Shown here in pieces: positions 1 through 9,200 of a stretch of DNA of 64,000 bases (its first letter is position 1; each line of letters begins with the position of its first letter). Under the pieces are notes generated by a model. It made no database searches. It saw only the letters and a program-made list of their open reading frames with translations, and was not told where the DNA came from. The translations under genes and the position numbers were made by a program. This stretch comes from a virus. Lineage: Duplodnaviria; Caudoviricetes. The stretch is from IMG/VR virus record IMGVR_UViG_3300005937_000009, positions 1 through 64,000 of that record. The stretch is one strand, 5' to 3'.

Positions 1-238
1 AGCTAATATCTCTCATCAGGCGAACAAATTGCGGGCGGGAGACTCGCTTACTCCCTGGATGCATGCCGAAATGTCGGCAATCCGCATTCAGAAGGCAAAA
101 GAAAGCGCTTTCTGGAATGTTATCACTAATGCTGCGAATAAGTTAAATGCAGAGGCGGGTAACAGGGAGCCTGCAACGGTTTCAGGGAGCCCCGCATGCG
201 CTAATACACTCCCTGAAACCGAAATTCAGGGAGTAAAC

Positions 239-475
239 ATGGGCATCACCGTGATTTGCGGGGGAGATTACAAGCTGAAGCAAAAGCGGAAAGATGGGAA
301 GCCTGCCGGGTTCGACATCAGGGATCGCAGCGATGAGTACACCGGTTACACCGGGCAGAAAGCAGGAGAGACTTTAATGCTTCTCTCCGAAGATGCCCAG
401 CGGGCAGAAGTGCAGAAGATTAAAAACAAGCGGTTAGGTATTCCCACCCTACCGCGTGCGGTTAATGAGCAGTAA
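239..475 (+). CDS. Hypothetical protein (78 aa)
   Basis: ATG at 239 follows a CAGGGAG SD; the stop overlaps the next start (TAATG). The ORF track starts earlier, at 29. Confidence 0.6.
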   Translation: MGITVICGGDYKLKQKRKDGKPAGFDIRDRSDEYTGYTGQKAGETLMLLSEDAQRAEVQKIKNKRLGIPTLPRAVNEQ

Positions 476-1209
476 TGAACGCATACGATGCACAATATGA
501 ACCCCGATATTTCGGGCAGGAGATTGAACCGTTACAGGTCGCGGATATGACCGATAGCGGTGTAGTGATCGTCTGCCCCGAACCGGATGCGGCCGAGTGG
601 ATCTTTGATTACCTGATCGAGATTAAGACGAACACGCGGCGCCCGTTCGGGACGATCGGCATGAATCCCCGGCAACCGGACGCCGTGCGGTGGACCCGTG
701 CCCCTCGCCGGTCTCGCTTCTTCCGGGAATATCGATGGAGCACGGAAGAGATCGTCTCGCTTGTGGCTGAAGTTTGGGAGGAGGTAGGGCGCTATTGGCT
801 CCCGATGCCAGCCGTTGCGCTCCCGCCCTCTCCCGAACCTGAACCCGAACCGGAGGAGGAAGAGCCGTTAATACCCTGGTCGCTAGAATGGATGGCCGAC
901 GCCATGGAGATGTCTGTAAATCTGCTGTATAGGAGATTAGAGAGGGGTTCCCATGGCTATCGGTACGCCAGCCGGGAGACTCATTTTGATGCCTATTTTC
1001 GGCGCCGTAACTGGCGTCGGAATGCGGGATGGGGGGAAGCAACGGGGACGCTGACCCCCATCCAGCCGCGCTTTATCACCACGTATCAGTTTGATCAAGC
1101 TTCAGCTCTGGTCAATCTCAACTTGATCAGGGAAGAGAGAATCCGGAGGAGAGAAGAGCGGGCGAAAGAGAGAGCGGAACGAGCAAGGAGAGAGAGGGAC
1201 ACACGATGA
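475..1209 (+). CDS. Hypothetical protein with a Pro/Glu linker and basic C-terminus
   Basis: 244-aa ORF translationally coupled at both ends. Confidence 0.7.
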   Translation: MNAYDAQYEPRYFGQEIEPLQVADMTDSGVVIVCPEPDAAEWIFDYLIEIKTNTRRPFGTIGMNPRQPDAVRWTRAPRRSRFFREYRWSTEEIVSLVAEVWEEVGRYWLPMPAVALPPSPEPEPEPEEEEPLIPWSLEWMADAMEMSVNLLYRRLERGSHGYRYASRETHFDAYFRRRNWRRNAGWGEATGTLTPIQPRFITTYQFDQASALVNLNLIREERIRRREERAKERAERARRERDTR

Positions 1210-1520
1210 GTACACCACGCAGACAGGCCCCGCCAGCTTCGCCGCCTTCGCACTTCCCCGGCCCGCTGCCTGGCCACGCCTATGGCTATCGGTGCAACCG
1301 CTGTAAGAGGTTCTTAGATGGTCCCTATGCGGTGGACCCTCATGATTTGGACAATCCGCACGATAACGAGTTCTTATGTTATCCGTGCGCGGAGGTGACG
1401 CCTAATAGTCAGATCCCGCGTTACTCCTCCCGGTTCCGGGAAGGGATGAAAGCGGGCATACTACTTGTGATCTTCATCGAACTGGCAATATTGCTGTTCT
1501 GGTGGACGCGGCGAAGATAG
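1206..1520 (+). CDS. Hypothetical protein with a Zn-finger (CxxC...CxxC) and a C-terminal TM helix
   Basis: CNRC and CYPC motifs; hydrophobic ILLVIFIELAILLFWW; ATGA overlap with the previous gene. Confidence 0.65.
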   Translation: MSTPRRQAPPASPPSHFPGPLPGHAYGYRCNRCKRFLDGPYAVDPHDLDNPHDNEFLCYPCAEVTPNSQIPRYSSRFREGMKAGILLVIFIELAILLFWWTRRR

Positions 1521-1594
1521 ATATTACCTCAAATACCACGTGGAAGGTTGGTGCTCTGCCCTGTAATCTTAATATCCACGCTAGTTAGCCTGTC

Positions 1595-1837
1595 GTGAAA
1601 CGGCGTGGAACAATCCAAGTAGAGGTAGGTGCAATGGTCAAAATCCCGCTAATAGTCCTAATTGAGATAATCATCTCTGCTATGGGTGTCAGTTTCCTTT
1701 ACGGCTTCTCGCTCTATTGGTTCGCCTCTGCTGAGAGCGATTTAGAGACCGGTTTATCATTCGGTGTGGCCTTCCTCGCTGGTCGGTATACTGGCACTGT
1801 GATGAAGCGGATAGAGGCGTTATGCGAGAGATCATGA
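1595..1837 (+). CDS. Small membrane protein
   Basis: Two hydrophobic segments in an 80-aa ORF. Confidence 0.5.
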   Translation: MKRRGTIQVEVGAMVKIPLIVLIEIIISAMGVSFLYGFSLYWFASAESDLETGLSFGVAFLAGRYTGTVMKRIEALCERS

Positions 1838-2049
1838 TTCAGTACGTGATATATGATCATCCTCTTGACTATCCTGATCATTGGGTGTTGCGTCCCTGGT
1901 TTCTTTTCCCTGATGGTACAGTCAAACCCGCTCTTGGCTGCATACTTGGCGATACTTTAGAGTCGGTTAGATATTGGGTGCCGCGCCATTGCTATAATCT
2001 CGGCAACACCTATGAAGAAGACCCGAAGATATACGAAGTTTGGATCTAG
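1822..2049 (+). CDS. Hypothetical phage protein
   Basis: 75-aa ORF with IYDHPLDYPDHWVLRPW and EEDPKIYEVW, a pattern I recall from small phage proteins. Confidence 0.65.
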   Translation: MREIMIQYVIYDHPLDYPDHWVLRPWFLFPDGTVKPALGCILGDTLESVRYWVPRHCYNLGNTYEEDPKIYEVWI

Positions 2050-2067
2050 CCCTATGCGTGATCGCCT

Positions 2068-2226
2068 ATGCCCGACTTCCCCCACGAGACAACAAAACTA
2101 CCGGTCAAGATCACCACGACCTATGAAGAAGTGAAGCCGCCGAAAAAAGAGTCATGGCTTCACTTCTGGCTTGGGTTCCTCGCGGGCGTGCTCTGCGTAC
2201 TCCTATATAAGCTGTATACGTTGTGA
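2068..2226 (+). CDS. Small membrane protein (52 aa; not in the ORF track)
   Basis: My translation: MPDFPHETTKLPVKITTTYEEVKPPKKESWLHFWLGFLAGVLCVLLYKLYTL, with a C-terminal TM. Confidence 0.5.
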   Translation: MPDFPHETTKLPVKITTTYEEVKPPKKESWLHFWLGFLAGVLCVLLYKLYTL

Positions 2227-2459
2227 AAATATTCGATGGTACGCACGATTTCTATTGACATACCAAGTCAATTGATCGAGTATAGCAACCAGCGTTAGAG
2301 CGGCTATGACGGCGCAAGGGACGATACGCCGCTCTTTATATTAGCTAGGCCACTTGGCGGAGACTTGCGAGTATGCCGGGATGAGCGCGACAGCAAACCC
2401 GTGGTGATTCGGGTGGCGGCATGGAAAACCGCCATATTTCAAATTCAGGAGATTTGATT

Positions 2460-2771
2460 ATGATACGCAAGCCAGCACGAACCTCGAGCAAGGGGAAAGA
2501 AAAAATGGTAGTTGTCCTTACCGAGTTTAAAGAGATTTTTGCGGGATGGACGACCGACGCAACCGGGGACCGGATTCAACTACGCGCAGCTCGTCAAGCG
2601 GTCTACTACTCCGCTGATAGTCATGGGCTCTTAGGGCTTGCCGTTAACGGACCCGCCAAAGGATCAAGAATCGGACCCGCCGCAGATATGGAAGTCCGTA
2701 AGATCGTCAACGTTATTGAATGCACGCCCGAAGCAATCCGAGTATGGGAGAAGGCCGAATGGGCAAAGTAA
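2460..2771 (+). CDS. DUF6948-like phage protein
   Basis: ATG at 2460 with CAGGAG SD; motif pattern QLRAARQAVYY...GLAVNGP...IECTPEA resembles DUF6948 (from memory). Confidence 0.6.
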   Translation: MIRKPARTSSKGKEKMVVVLTEFKEIFAGWTTDATGDRIQLRAARQAVYYSADSHGLLGLAVNGPAKGSRIGPAADMEVRKIVNVIECTPEAIRVWEKAEWAK

Positions 2772-3223
2772 AACGATACTACAAATGCACTGGCCCAGAT
2801 GGGATCGCATACCATGACGGCGTCACCCAATATAAGGTGGGCGAGACGTTGACCGTTAAGGATGCGAGCCCCGCCAGCGTCGGACCTTGCGGCAGAGGAT
2901 TGCATGTCGTGACACATCTTTGCGATCTGCGGCAATACATCAATAGTGACATTCTGCGTAGTGCTGAGTTCTTCGAAGTCGCAATAAATCCAGCAGATAT
3001 TATTGCAAAGGACAGCACAAAAACCCGCGTCAGATCTCTTCAAGTCTTGCGAAGGATGACCGAAAAAGATTTCGGCATTCTCAAAGGGAAGCTTGTCAAT
3101 GTGATCGGGTACGGGTCCGGGTACGGGTACGGGTACGGGGACGGGTACGGGTACGGGTACGGGTCCGGGTCCGGGTCCGGGGACGGGGACGGGTACGGGT
3201 ACGGGGACGGGTACGGGGAATAA
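2759..3223 (+). CDS. DUF7666-like protein with a C-terminal Gly-Tyr/Ser/Asp repeat
   Basis: YKVGETL...CGRGLHV...FFEV...KTRVRSLQVLR pattern, followed by 19 G-X dipeptides. Confidence 0.65.
   Translation: MGKVKRYYKCTGPDGIAYHDGVTQYKVGETLTVKDASPASVGPCGRGLHVVTHLCDLRQYINSDILRSAEFFEVAINPADIIAKDSTKTRVRSLQVLRRMTEKDFGILKGKLVNVIGYGSGYGYGYGDGYGYGYGSGSGSGDGDGYGYGDGYGE
3107..3220 (+). repeat. Tandem hexamer array, 19 x GGG(TAC/TCC/GAC/GAA)
   Basis: Read directly from the sequence; encodes GY/GS/GD/GE. Confidence 0.95.
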
Positions 3224-3229
3224 GTCTTT

Positions 3230-3260
3230 AGGCGTAGCAATTACAACTACGCCTTTTCTT
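3230..3260 (+). terminator. Rho-independent terminator
   Basis: AGGCGTAG/CTACGCCT stem followed by TTTCTT. Confidence 0.7.
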
Positions 3261-3268
3261 ATTTAACT

Positions 3269-3568
3269 ATGACTGCACATCATAAAACACCATCAGAATT
3301 GATAGCCGCAGACCTTGAGGCCCACGGCTGGACACAGCGCGACATGGCGCACGCAATGAAGATCGACTACGCCATGATGAATCGGCTGGCGAACGGACGA
3401 CAGGGCATCACGCCCAGCATGGCCCACAGGCTTGGGGCGGTCACAGGTCGTGACCCAAGAGAGTATTGGGACGCGCAGACAGAGTTATGGTGGGATCTCG
3501 AGGCGAGGCCAGTCATCCCGCCGACACCAAAGACCAGACAACGCAAAGCGAAAGGACGGAAAGCATGA
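3269..3568 (+). CDS. XRE/HigA-family helix-turn-helix protein
   Basis: PSELIAADL..HGWTQRDMAHAM.IDYAMMNRLANGRQGITPSMAHRLG..TG..P.YW matches the HigA-antitoxin-type HTH pattern. Confidence 0.85.
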   Translation: MTAHHKTPSELIAADLEAHGWTQRDMAHAMKIDYAMMNRLANGRQGITPSMAHRLGAVTGRDPREYWDAQTELWWDLEARPVIPPTPKTRQRKAKGRKA

Positions 3569-4224
3569 TAGACCAATCCACATTTGACCTTGATGAACTG
3601 ATCGAACGGGCAATCATCCATATGCACACTGTACACGCAGATCAGCGCATGCAAGCTGAGGAAGAGCACGCATGCAAAGAGCGCGAACGGGAAGAGAAGC
3701 GGCTTGCGGACTGGAAGCCCCACGTTGACGTAATCCGCGCCGCGCTGCCCGGAGAGTTGAGGGGCGCAACGATCATTCCCCGTGATACATATTCGAGTTA
3801 TCAAGAGTACACTTATGAATATGCCCCGTGTGAGATCCAGATAGGCCATCTGCGGGTTTTCGCCTGGCATTGGTACACGCGGGCCTCAAACAGTGAAGTG
3901 CTCATTTTTGCTCCCGGCATTCTGAAACTCGATAGCCCCGATGATTGGGATACGATAGAGGTCCGGTGGACTACGGAGAATTGGTACAGGTCGAACGAAG
4001 GTAGTCAATCGGATTTCATGCTCGCATTGGGCGAGAGCGCGGCCCACTATGAGGCGAACTGGAGCAAGCTACAGCGGGAGGTTGCAGATAGGATGGCTCC
4101 GCGTCCCGAGCCGACACCTAAACCGGCGAAGCCTGAACCGACGGCTGCTGAACAACTCGCGGCAGCAATCTACCGCATCGTCGAAGAGCGCATCACGGCA
4201 GCGATGGAAGAGGGGATGGAATGA
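3565..4224 (+). CDS. Hypothetical protein
   Basis: ATG at 3565 overlaps the HTH stop (ATGA); 219 aa. Confidence 0.7.
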   Translation: MIDQSTFDLDELIERAIIHMHTVHADQRMQAEEEHACKEREREEKRLADWKPHVDVIRAALPGELRGATIIPRDTYSSYQEYTYEYAPCEIQIGHLRVFAWHWYTRASNSEVLIFAPGILKLDSPDDWDTIEVRWTTENWYRSNEGSQSDFMLALGESAAHYEANWSKLQREVADRMAPRPEPTPKPAKPEPTAAEQLAAAIYRIVEERITAAMEEGME

Positions 4225-4700
4225 GCGATACTTATACGTTAATTGATGCTAGCGGCGACCGCTTGCATGTAACCGGGCTCGGTCAACAAGTTAACGTCAC
4301 TATTCGTGGCCCATATTTCGCAATTAGAGACCGGGCCACACTCCGCGCAATTATTGCAGAACTGACCAGATTGGATAAGAAAGTATTTGGTCCAGAGTTC
4401 GAAGAACCTGGCCCGCCGGCGGTCCCTGAGAACGTGCTGCTATACCGCGAAGATTTCATTTACGACTTACCGTTAGGCAAGGTCATGTCTACCGCCGAAC
4501 TCGTCAATGCCTATCAAGAAACAGACCATGAGAACGTGAAAGCCGCATTGCTCTATCTGGGAGATTCGCGGCGACCGGATAGAGAGTTTGATCTGAGCCG
4601 GGACGACCGGACAGAGGCGATGATCCCAGACTACGAGCGGGCGTTGATGCCCCGTGACGAGCACGGGCGGTACTACTGCACCGTGCAAAGGAGGAGATAA
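4221..4700 (+). CDS. Hypothetical protein
   Basis: 159-aa ORF coupled at both ends; GAGGGG SD. Confidence 0.7.
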   Translation: MSDTYTLIDASGDRLHVTGLGQQVNVTIRGPYFAIRDRATLRAIIAELTRLDKKVFGPEFEEPGPPAVPENVLLYREDFIYDLPLGKVMSTAELVNAYQETDHENVKAALLYLGDSRRPDREFDLSRDDRTEAMIPDYERALMPRDEHGRYYCTVQRRR

Positions 4701-5032
4701 TGTCAGGCCAATATACCAAGAAACCATGGCAAGCGGTTTTTACCAACAATGGTGGGGCGCATATCATCGCCCCCTCTGCCGATAACGCGCAGATTGCCTT
4801 ACTCGCTGCCCCTACTCTAAATAATCGGATTACGGAGATGGAAATGCGGGCCAATGCGCTCCTCGGTGCTGCTGGGCCTGAACTCTTCGAAGCGTTGGAG
4901 GAAATGATTTCAGCCTTCTGGGGAGACGCGAAAGAGCCGCACCGGGCATCATTCCGCAAGCAATTTCCGGATCATGCCATCGTGAGGGCAGAACGCGCCA
5001 TCGCAAAGGCGAAAGGGGAGAGATACGAATGA
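4700..5032 (+). CDS. Hypothetical phage protein (PW...ANARLIAAAPELLEAL-like family)
   Basis: KKPW...ANALLGAAGPELFEALEE...AERAIAKAKGE, a common small phage protein pattern. Confidence 0.75.
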   Translation: MSGQYTKKPWQAVFTNNGGAHIIAPSADNAQIALLAAPTLNNRITEMEMRANALLGAAGPELFEALEEMISAFWGDAKEPHRASFRKQFPDHAIVRAERAIAKAKGERYE

Positions 5033-5412
5033 GCCGTGACGAAACAGGAAAGAATATCGTGGTCTGTCTGCTGATGGCTGCTGTTGCTGGCGTCATACTA
5101 TGGCTGGTCATGCCGAGCATCAAACAGGCCATGAATGACAGCTACCAGCGGGAAGATCAGAGTTATATGAAAACGGATCCGCCCCCGGTTGGCGTGCAGG
5201 CCGGTATCAATTGGAACGTGCGACACTGGAACGATCACCAGAAAATAGCGGCTGTAATCGGTGCGCTCATCGTCATCGCTATTGTCGCCTTCGCGCTCCA
5301 CAATTATGCTGGCCATACGAAATATAAACGCGCGCTTGAAGCCGAAAACTCGCAATTAAGATTGCGGAATGCGGCGCTCAGAGGGGAATTGCCGAAACCG
5401 CCTAATGGATAA
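5029..5412 (+). CDS. Membrane protein (two TM segments plus coiled coil)
   Basis: Two hydrophobic helices; ATGA coupling. Confidence 0.65.
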   Translation: MSRDETGKNIVVCLLMAAVAGVILWLVMPSIKQAMNDSYQREDQSYMKTDPPPVGVQAGINWNVRHWNDHQKIAAVIGALIVIAIVAFALHNYAGHTKYKRALEAENSQLRLRNAALRGELPKPPNG

Positions 5413-5419
5413 GCAGGTT

Positions 5420-5511
5420 TCGAGCGGTGGCGACAGGTGTGTAAGGGTCGCGGTCAGTTGGTCAGGGATGATCAGCGGCAGGCTATGGGGGTTCGATTCC
5501 TCCCCGCTCGA
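5420..5511 (+). ncRNA. tRNA-like RNA without a canonical anticodon loop
   Basis: CGAGCGG/CCGCTCG acceptor stem; GGGGG-TTCGATT-CCTCC T-arm; GCGAC/GTCGC D-like stem; the anticodon arm is replaced by a long hairpin with a GGGA tetraloop. Confidence 0.65.
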
Positions 5512-5522
5512 TTGCAAAATAC

Positions 5523-5552
5523 AAAGCCTGCTACCGCGTGGTAACAGGCTTT
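5523..5552 (+). terminator. Hairpin downstream of the tRNA-like RNA (possible terminator)
   Basis: AAAGCCTG..TACC/GGTA..CAGGCTTT inverted repeat. Confidence 0.5.
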
Positions 5553-5571
5553 GCATAGTTAGACGGTAAAC

Positions 5572-6042
5572 ATGAGTTGTACAGAAGGGAGTATATGGAC
5601 AATGGTAGAAGAAATCAAGATTACTCAAGAGAATAATGGGGATATGGTCGGGCGGTTCGCAGACGCCATCCACCAAACCCATGAAGTGCGGACGGTCAAG
5701 GCGCAGAGTCACCGGAAGCTTTATATTGATTCTCGGATTTGCCTGGATCGACAAAGGGCGCGAGTGCTGGGTTATATACTTGCCCGCTTTGCAATCACAG
5801 GCAGCATGGAAGAGATACAGCTTACACCTGAACAGGTGGCAAACTTCAAACAATCCATGACCGAGTTCAACGAACAAGAACAAAACAGGTTTAAACCAGT
5901 GCGGGCCAAACTCCTTGAAATCGATGGATGGGCAAAATTCATCGTTGAACGGGCAGGGAACGAAGCGAATGCAGCGGTAGCCCAGAACATCAGGGACGCG
6001 CTAAAAGAAGTGTTCACCGGTCTGGATGAGGCCATCGGCTAA
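5572..6042 (+). CDS. Hypothetical protein
   Basis: 156-aa ORF (the start may be the ATG at 5602); last gene of the plus arm. Confidence 0.65.
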   Translation: MSCTEGSIWTMVEEIKITQENNGDMVGRFADAIHQTHEVRTVKAQSHRKLYIDSRICLDRQRARVLGYILARFAITGSMEEIQLTPEQVANFKQSMTEFNEQEQNRFKPVRAKLLEIDGWAKFIVERAGNEANAAVAQNIRDALKEVFTGLDEAIG

Positions 6043-6071
6043 CAGTCTTAACCACACCTTCTCATATCCCC

Positions 6072-6101
6072 AAAAAGAAAAGGCCACCCGAAAAGGTGGC
6101 C
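6072..6101 (-). terminator. Terminator of the virion operon (possibly bidirectional)
   Basis: GGCCACC/GGTGGCC stem with a U-rich tail on the minus strand, between convergent arms. Confidence 0.75.
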
Positions 6102-6225
6102 GAAACTTTTAGAGGTACATTCCAATGGATAATTGGAATGTGATGCTATTCTTTAAAACCGATGCACCAGCACCCGTCTGATGCGCGGCGCAGTGTACAG
6201 GAAGGCGCACGCCAACGCAATCGGT

Positions 6226-9200
6226 TTATCGCCGTCCCTGCGCCTTCTTCTTCGCCTCTCGTCTCCTCTTCTCCATCTGCGGAGTAATTACCGTTTCCTG
6301 ACCACCGAAGAAGGTAGGTAGCGTTTGCAGCCCCGTACCGATGCCCTGCGAGAATCCATCATAGAAGTCCCCCACGTAGGCGGGTCCGAATGCACGCCAC
6401 GCGGCGCGAGCGGACCCGGTTCTAGTCGCCAGATCCCGCACCGTCATCTTATTACCTTCTATATCTTTCCCCTTGATGATCACATCATGCGCCAATCCCG
6501 CAAGCGGCGTCTCGCGGGTCCGGATGTATGAGCCGATACGGTTTAACATCTCCTCTCGTTCTTTCGGGATGGCCTTTTCGGTCTTCGAAGAATGAGCGAA
6601 CAGGTTCTTACCTTCCGCCCCCGCGTAATCCGCGATCTCCAGCGCAAGCTTGATCTGTGGGAGCAATCCGCCGGATAGATCGTGAGTCACCTTCCCAGCT
6701 CGGAACTTGCCAAAGTCCGGATCCTTCCGGTCAGTGATGAATTTACCGACGCCTGCGAGAGTGCCGAGCACGCCCAGGCCGATGATGGTCGATGCTGCCG
6801 CCCCCGTCTCACGTGCCATAAGCTTTGCGGCCTGTGGGGATTCCTTGTAGAGTTGCGCGTATTTCACCGGGTTCAATTGCTGAAGCCGGCTGACATTGAG
6901 TTGAGGCGAAGTCATGACGGTGCCTTGCAGCGCATCGGTCATGGCCTTGAACTTCCCGGCGCCTAAATCGGTTTTGCCGGTCATGGTGTTGATGGCCTCC
7001 GCAAGCGCCTTTTCGGCCCGGACCCGCGCATTACCGGCCATGCCTTTCTTGTCTAACTTCTGCACTTCACTATGGAACTTCTGAAGCCGCATGTAATCGA
7101 GGAATGCGGTGTTAGCTGCTTCCGTCCGCTCGTAGAGTTTACCGATGAGCGGCACCTTCTCCACGTTCTCTATCCCCTGATAAACTTCTTCGCCTTTACC
7201 GAAGCTGGACAACTCAAGGCCGCGCTCTTGCGCCAGGTCGAACGATGGATGATTACGGAATGCCTCTTGTACTCGCTCAGCCCCCGCCTTGCTCTTGAGC
7301 GCCTGCCACATCGCGTCTTTGCCGGCGCGAGCTACCGTTAGCACGTTCTGCGGATTTGCCGTTAATGCCCATGCCTGCCGCAATGGGAATGAGAGATCAC
7401 CCCCGAAGACTGCTGACCGTGAGGATTGACCCAAGCCTTTCAATGCTGCTCCCGTCTCCCTCGCAATCGCCCCCGCCTTCCCTAGAGTGGTGGTCTGGTA
7501 CTGGTGGCCTATCTGGGCGTTGCGTAGCGCTTTGCGGGCTTCGATGATCGCCTTATGATCTCCCATCCTGGCAGCCGTCATCAGGTCGTCTGCGGCCCGG
7601 ATGATCGCCTCTGTCTGCGGCTGGTCCATCTTCCCCTTGTCCGATTTGATTGCCGCCGTCTTCAATGCTTCCTGCGCCTCGCGCACCAGCGGTTGATTTA
7701 CTCCGCGTTGTTTTGGTGGTGCCAGATCGCGGGCGATAACGTTATCGAAATATTCACGGGCAGTCTTCGCCGCGTTTCCGGCCTTGCTGCCGCTGATCTT
7801 TGCCGCGCTCTGCTGCAATGCGGGCAGGTTGAACTTGATATTGGGCAATGGCCGGGAGGCTTGAGATTGTTTTCCGCGTCCACCCTGGAGCCCGCCGAAT
7901 CCCGAACCAAGGATAGTGCCGCCCTTTGATTCGGGGACCGAGCCGACAGAGAAGCCCTGACGCGGTTTTACTTTCTCCTGCGTTTGCCCTTGCGCTGGCG
8001 GGCGTTGCGCTTGACCTGATTGGACATTCGGCGCTTTGCTTCCTTCGGCCCCCCGGCCTTGTACCCGGCTAGCCATTGCTGCCTGGTCAGCGCTTCTAGC
8101 TTGTCGTCCTGCGGGTCGCCCTGCGGCTGTTCCTCGGGGTTCCATTCGTGCAGCCCCAATGGGTCTTGAGACGCCTTTGATTGCTCTGACATCTTCTATG
8201 GACCTCTGCGCGCTCGGCGCTGTTCTGATATTCTCCTCAAGTATTTCCGGCCCGAACTTCTCGGCCAGATGATTATAGTATGAGTGCAGATAATCGTTAG
8301 CATCATCAATGTGCACGCCGTAATCTTCGGCCTGCCCGCTGGCGAGTTTGGCTGCTGCTTCGATGTTGAGAATGATTTCATTATTGGGATATCCACCACG
8401 CTCAAGCAATTGTTTTTTGATGTGCTGGTAGACACGGTTATTTGCAAAGTGTTCAGCAACAGCCCCCCCTCTCTCTTCGGAGAACAAGCCCGCTGTTCGT
8501 TGCCAAGTATGATAATCCTCTTCCCGTATAATCTTCTTAATGCGATGGCTTCCGGCTGTCGTATCGACAAACGAGACGGCGGAATGTCCGGCTTGTTCTG
8601 CCGCCTCACGTGCTTGATCGATCTGGTCGGCTAATCTCCTGAGTGCCGCGCCCTGTTCGCCGTAGGCTCCAGACGAACTGCGCAATTTCTCAGAGATCAT
8701 ATCCAAACCATTGAGCGGAACATTGACCCCCGCTATCGCTTTAGGGAATCCCCGCACGCCAGCCTTACGACCAGCGGAGACGATAACCGCCGCGCCCTGT
8801 TGATTGATATAGATCGTTCCCGTTTTCCCCTGCGAACGCTCCCGGTATTCGCTCCTAACGTCGCCTACCAGTTTTCGCGCCTCTGCGTATGTTTGCGGCG
8901 CCCGTTCCAGCCGCTTCACTTCTCGCCAGCTAGGACTAGAGGCTGATACTTCCCCCTCCCCGGTAGATGGTTGTTGTATCTGTGACCTTTTGACCGTGAC
9001 CCGCTCTCCCGCATCATCGGTGACTATCACATTGCCTTTGCGGTCGAAGCCTTCGACGTGCCCCTTGAGCGTCATCTTGCCCGATTTCCATTGCACCTTA
9101 TCCCCGGCCTTCAGTCCTTCGCCTTCGGTCGTGACGGGAGATCCGAGCGGGATCATGGGCTTTTTGGGCTCCGGTGTCGCTTCCTCTTGCTTGCCCTGTA

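Noticed and set aside
2349-2418. tRNA-like element in the 2.3-2.4 kb leader
   Set aside because: The GCCAC/GTGGC outer stem is present but there is no TTCRA T-loop or D-arm consensus.
3107-3220. CRISPR array
   Set aside because: Contiguous 6-bp coding repeat with no spacers; no cas genes.
5420-5511. tmRNA or normal tRNA call
   Set aside because: No internal tag ORF or pseudoknots, and no 7-nt anticodon loop.
5369-5569. 66-aa ORF over the tRNA-like element
   Set aside because: Overlaps the previous gene and translates a T-arm (GFDSSP); no SD or protein signal.
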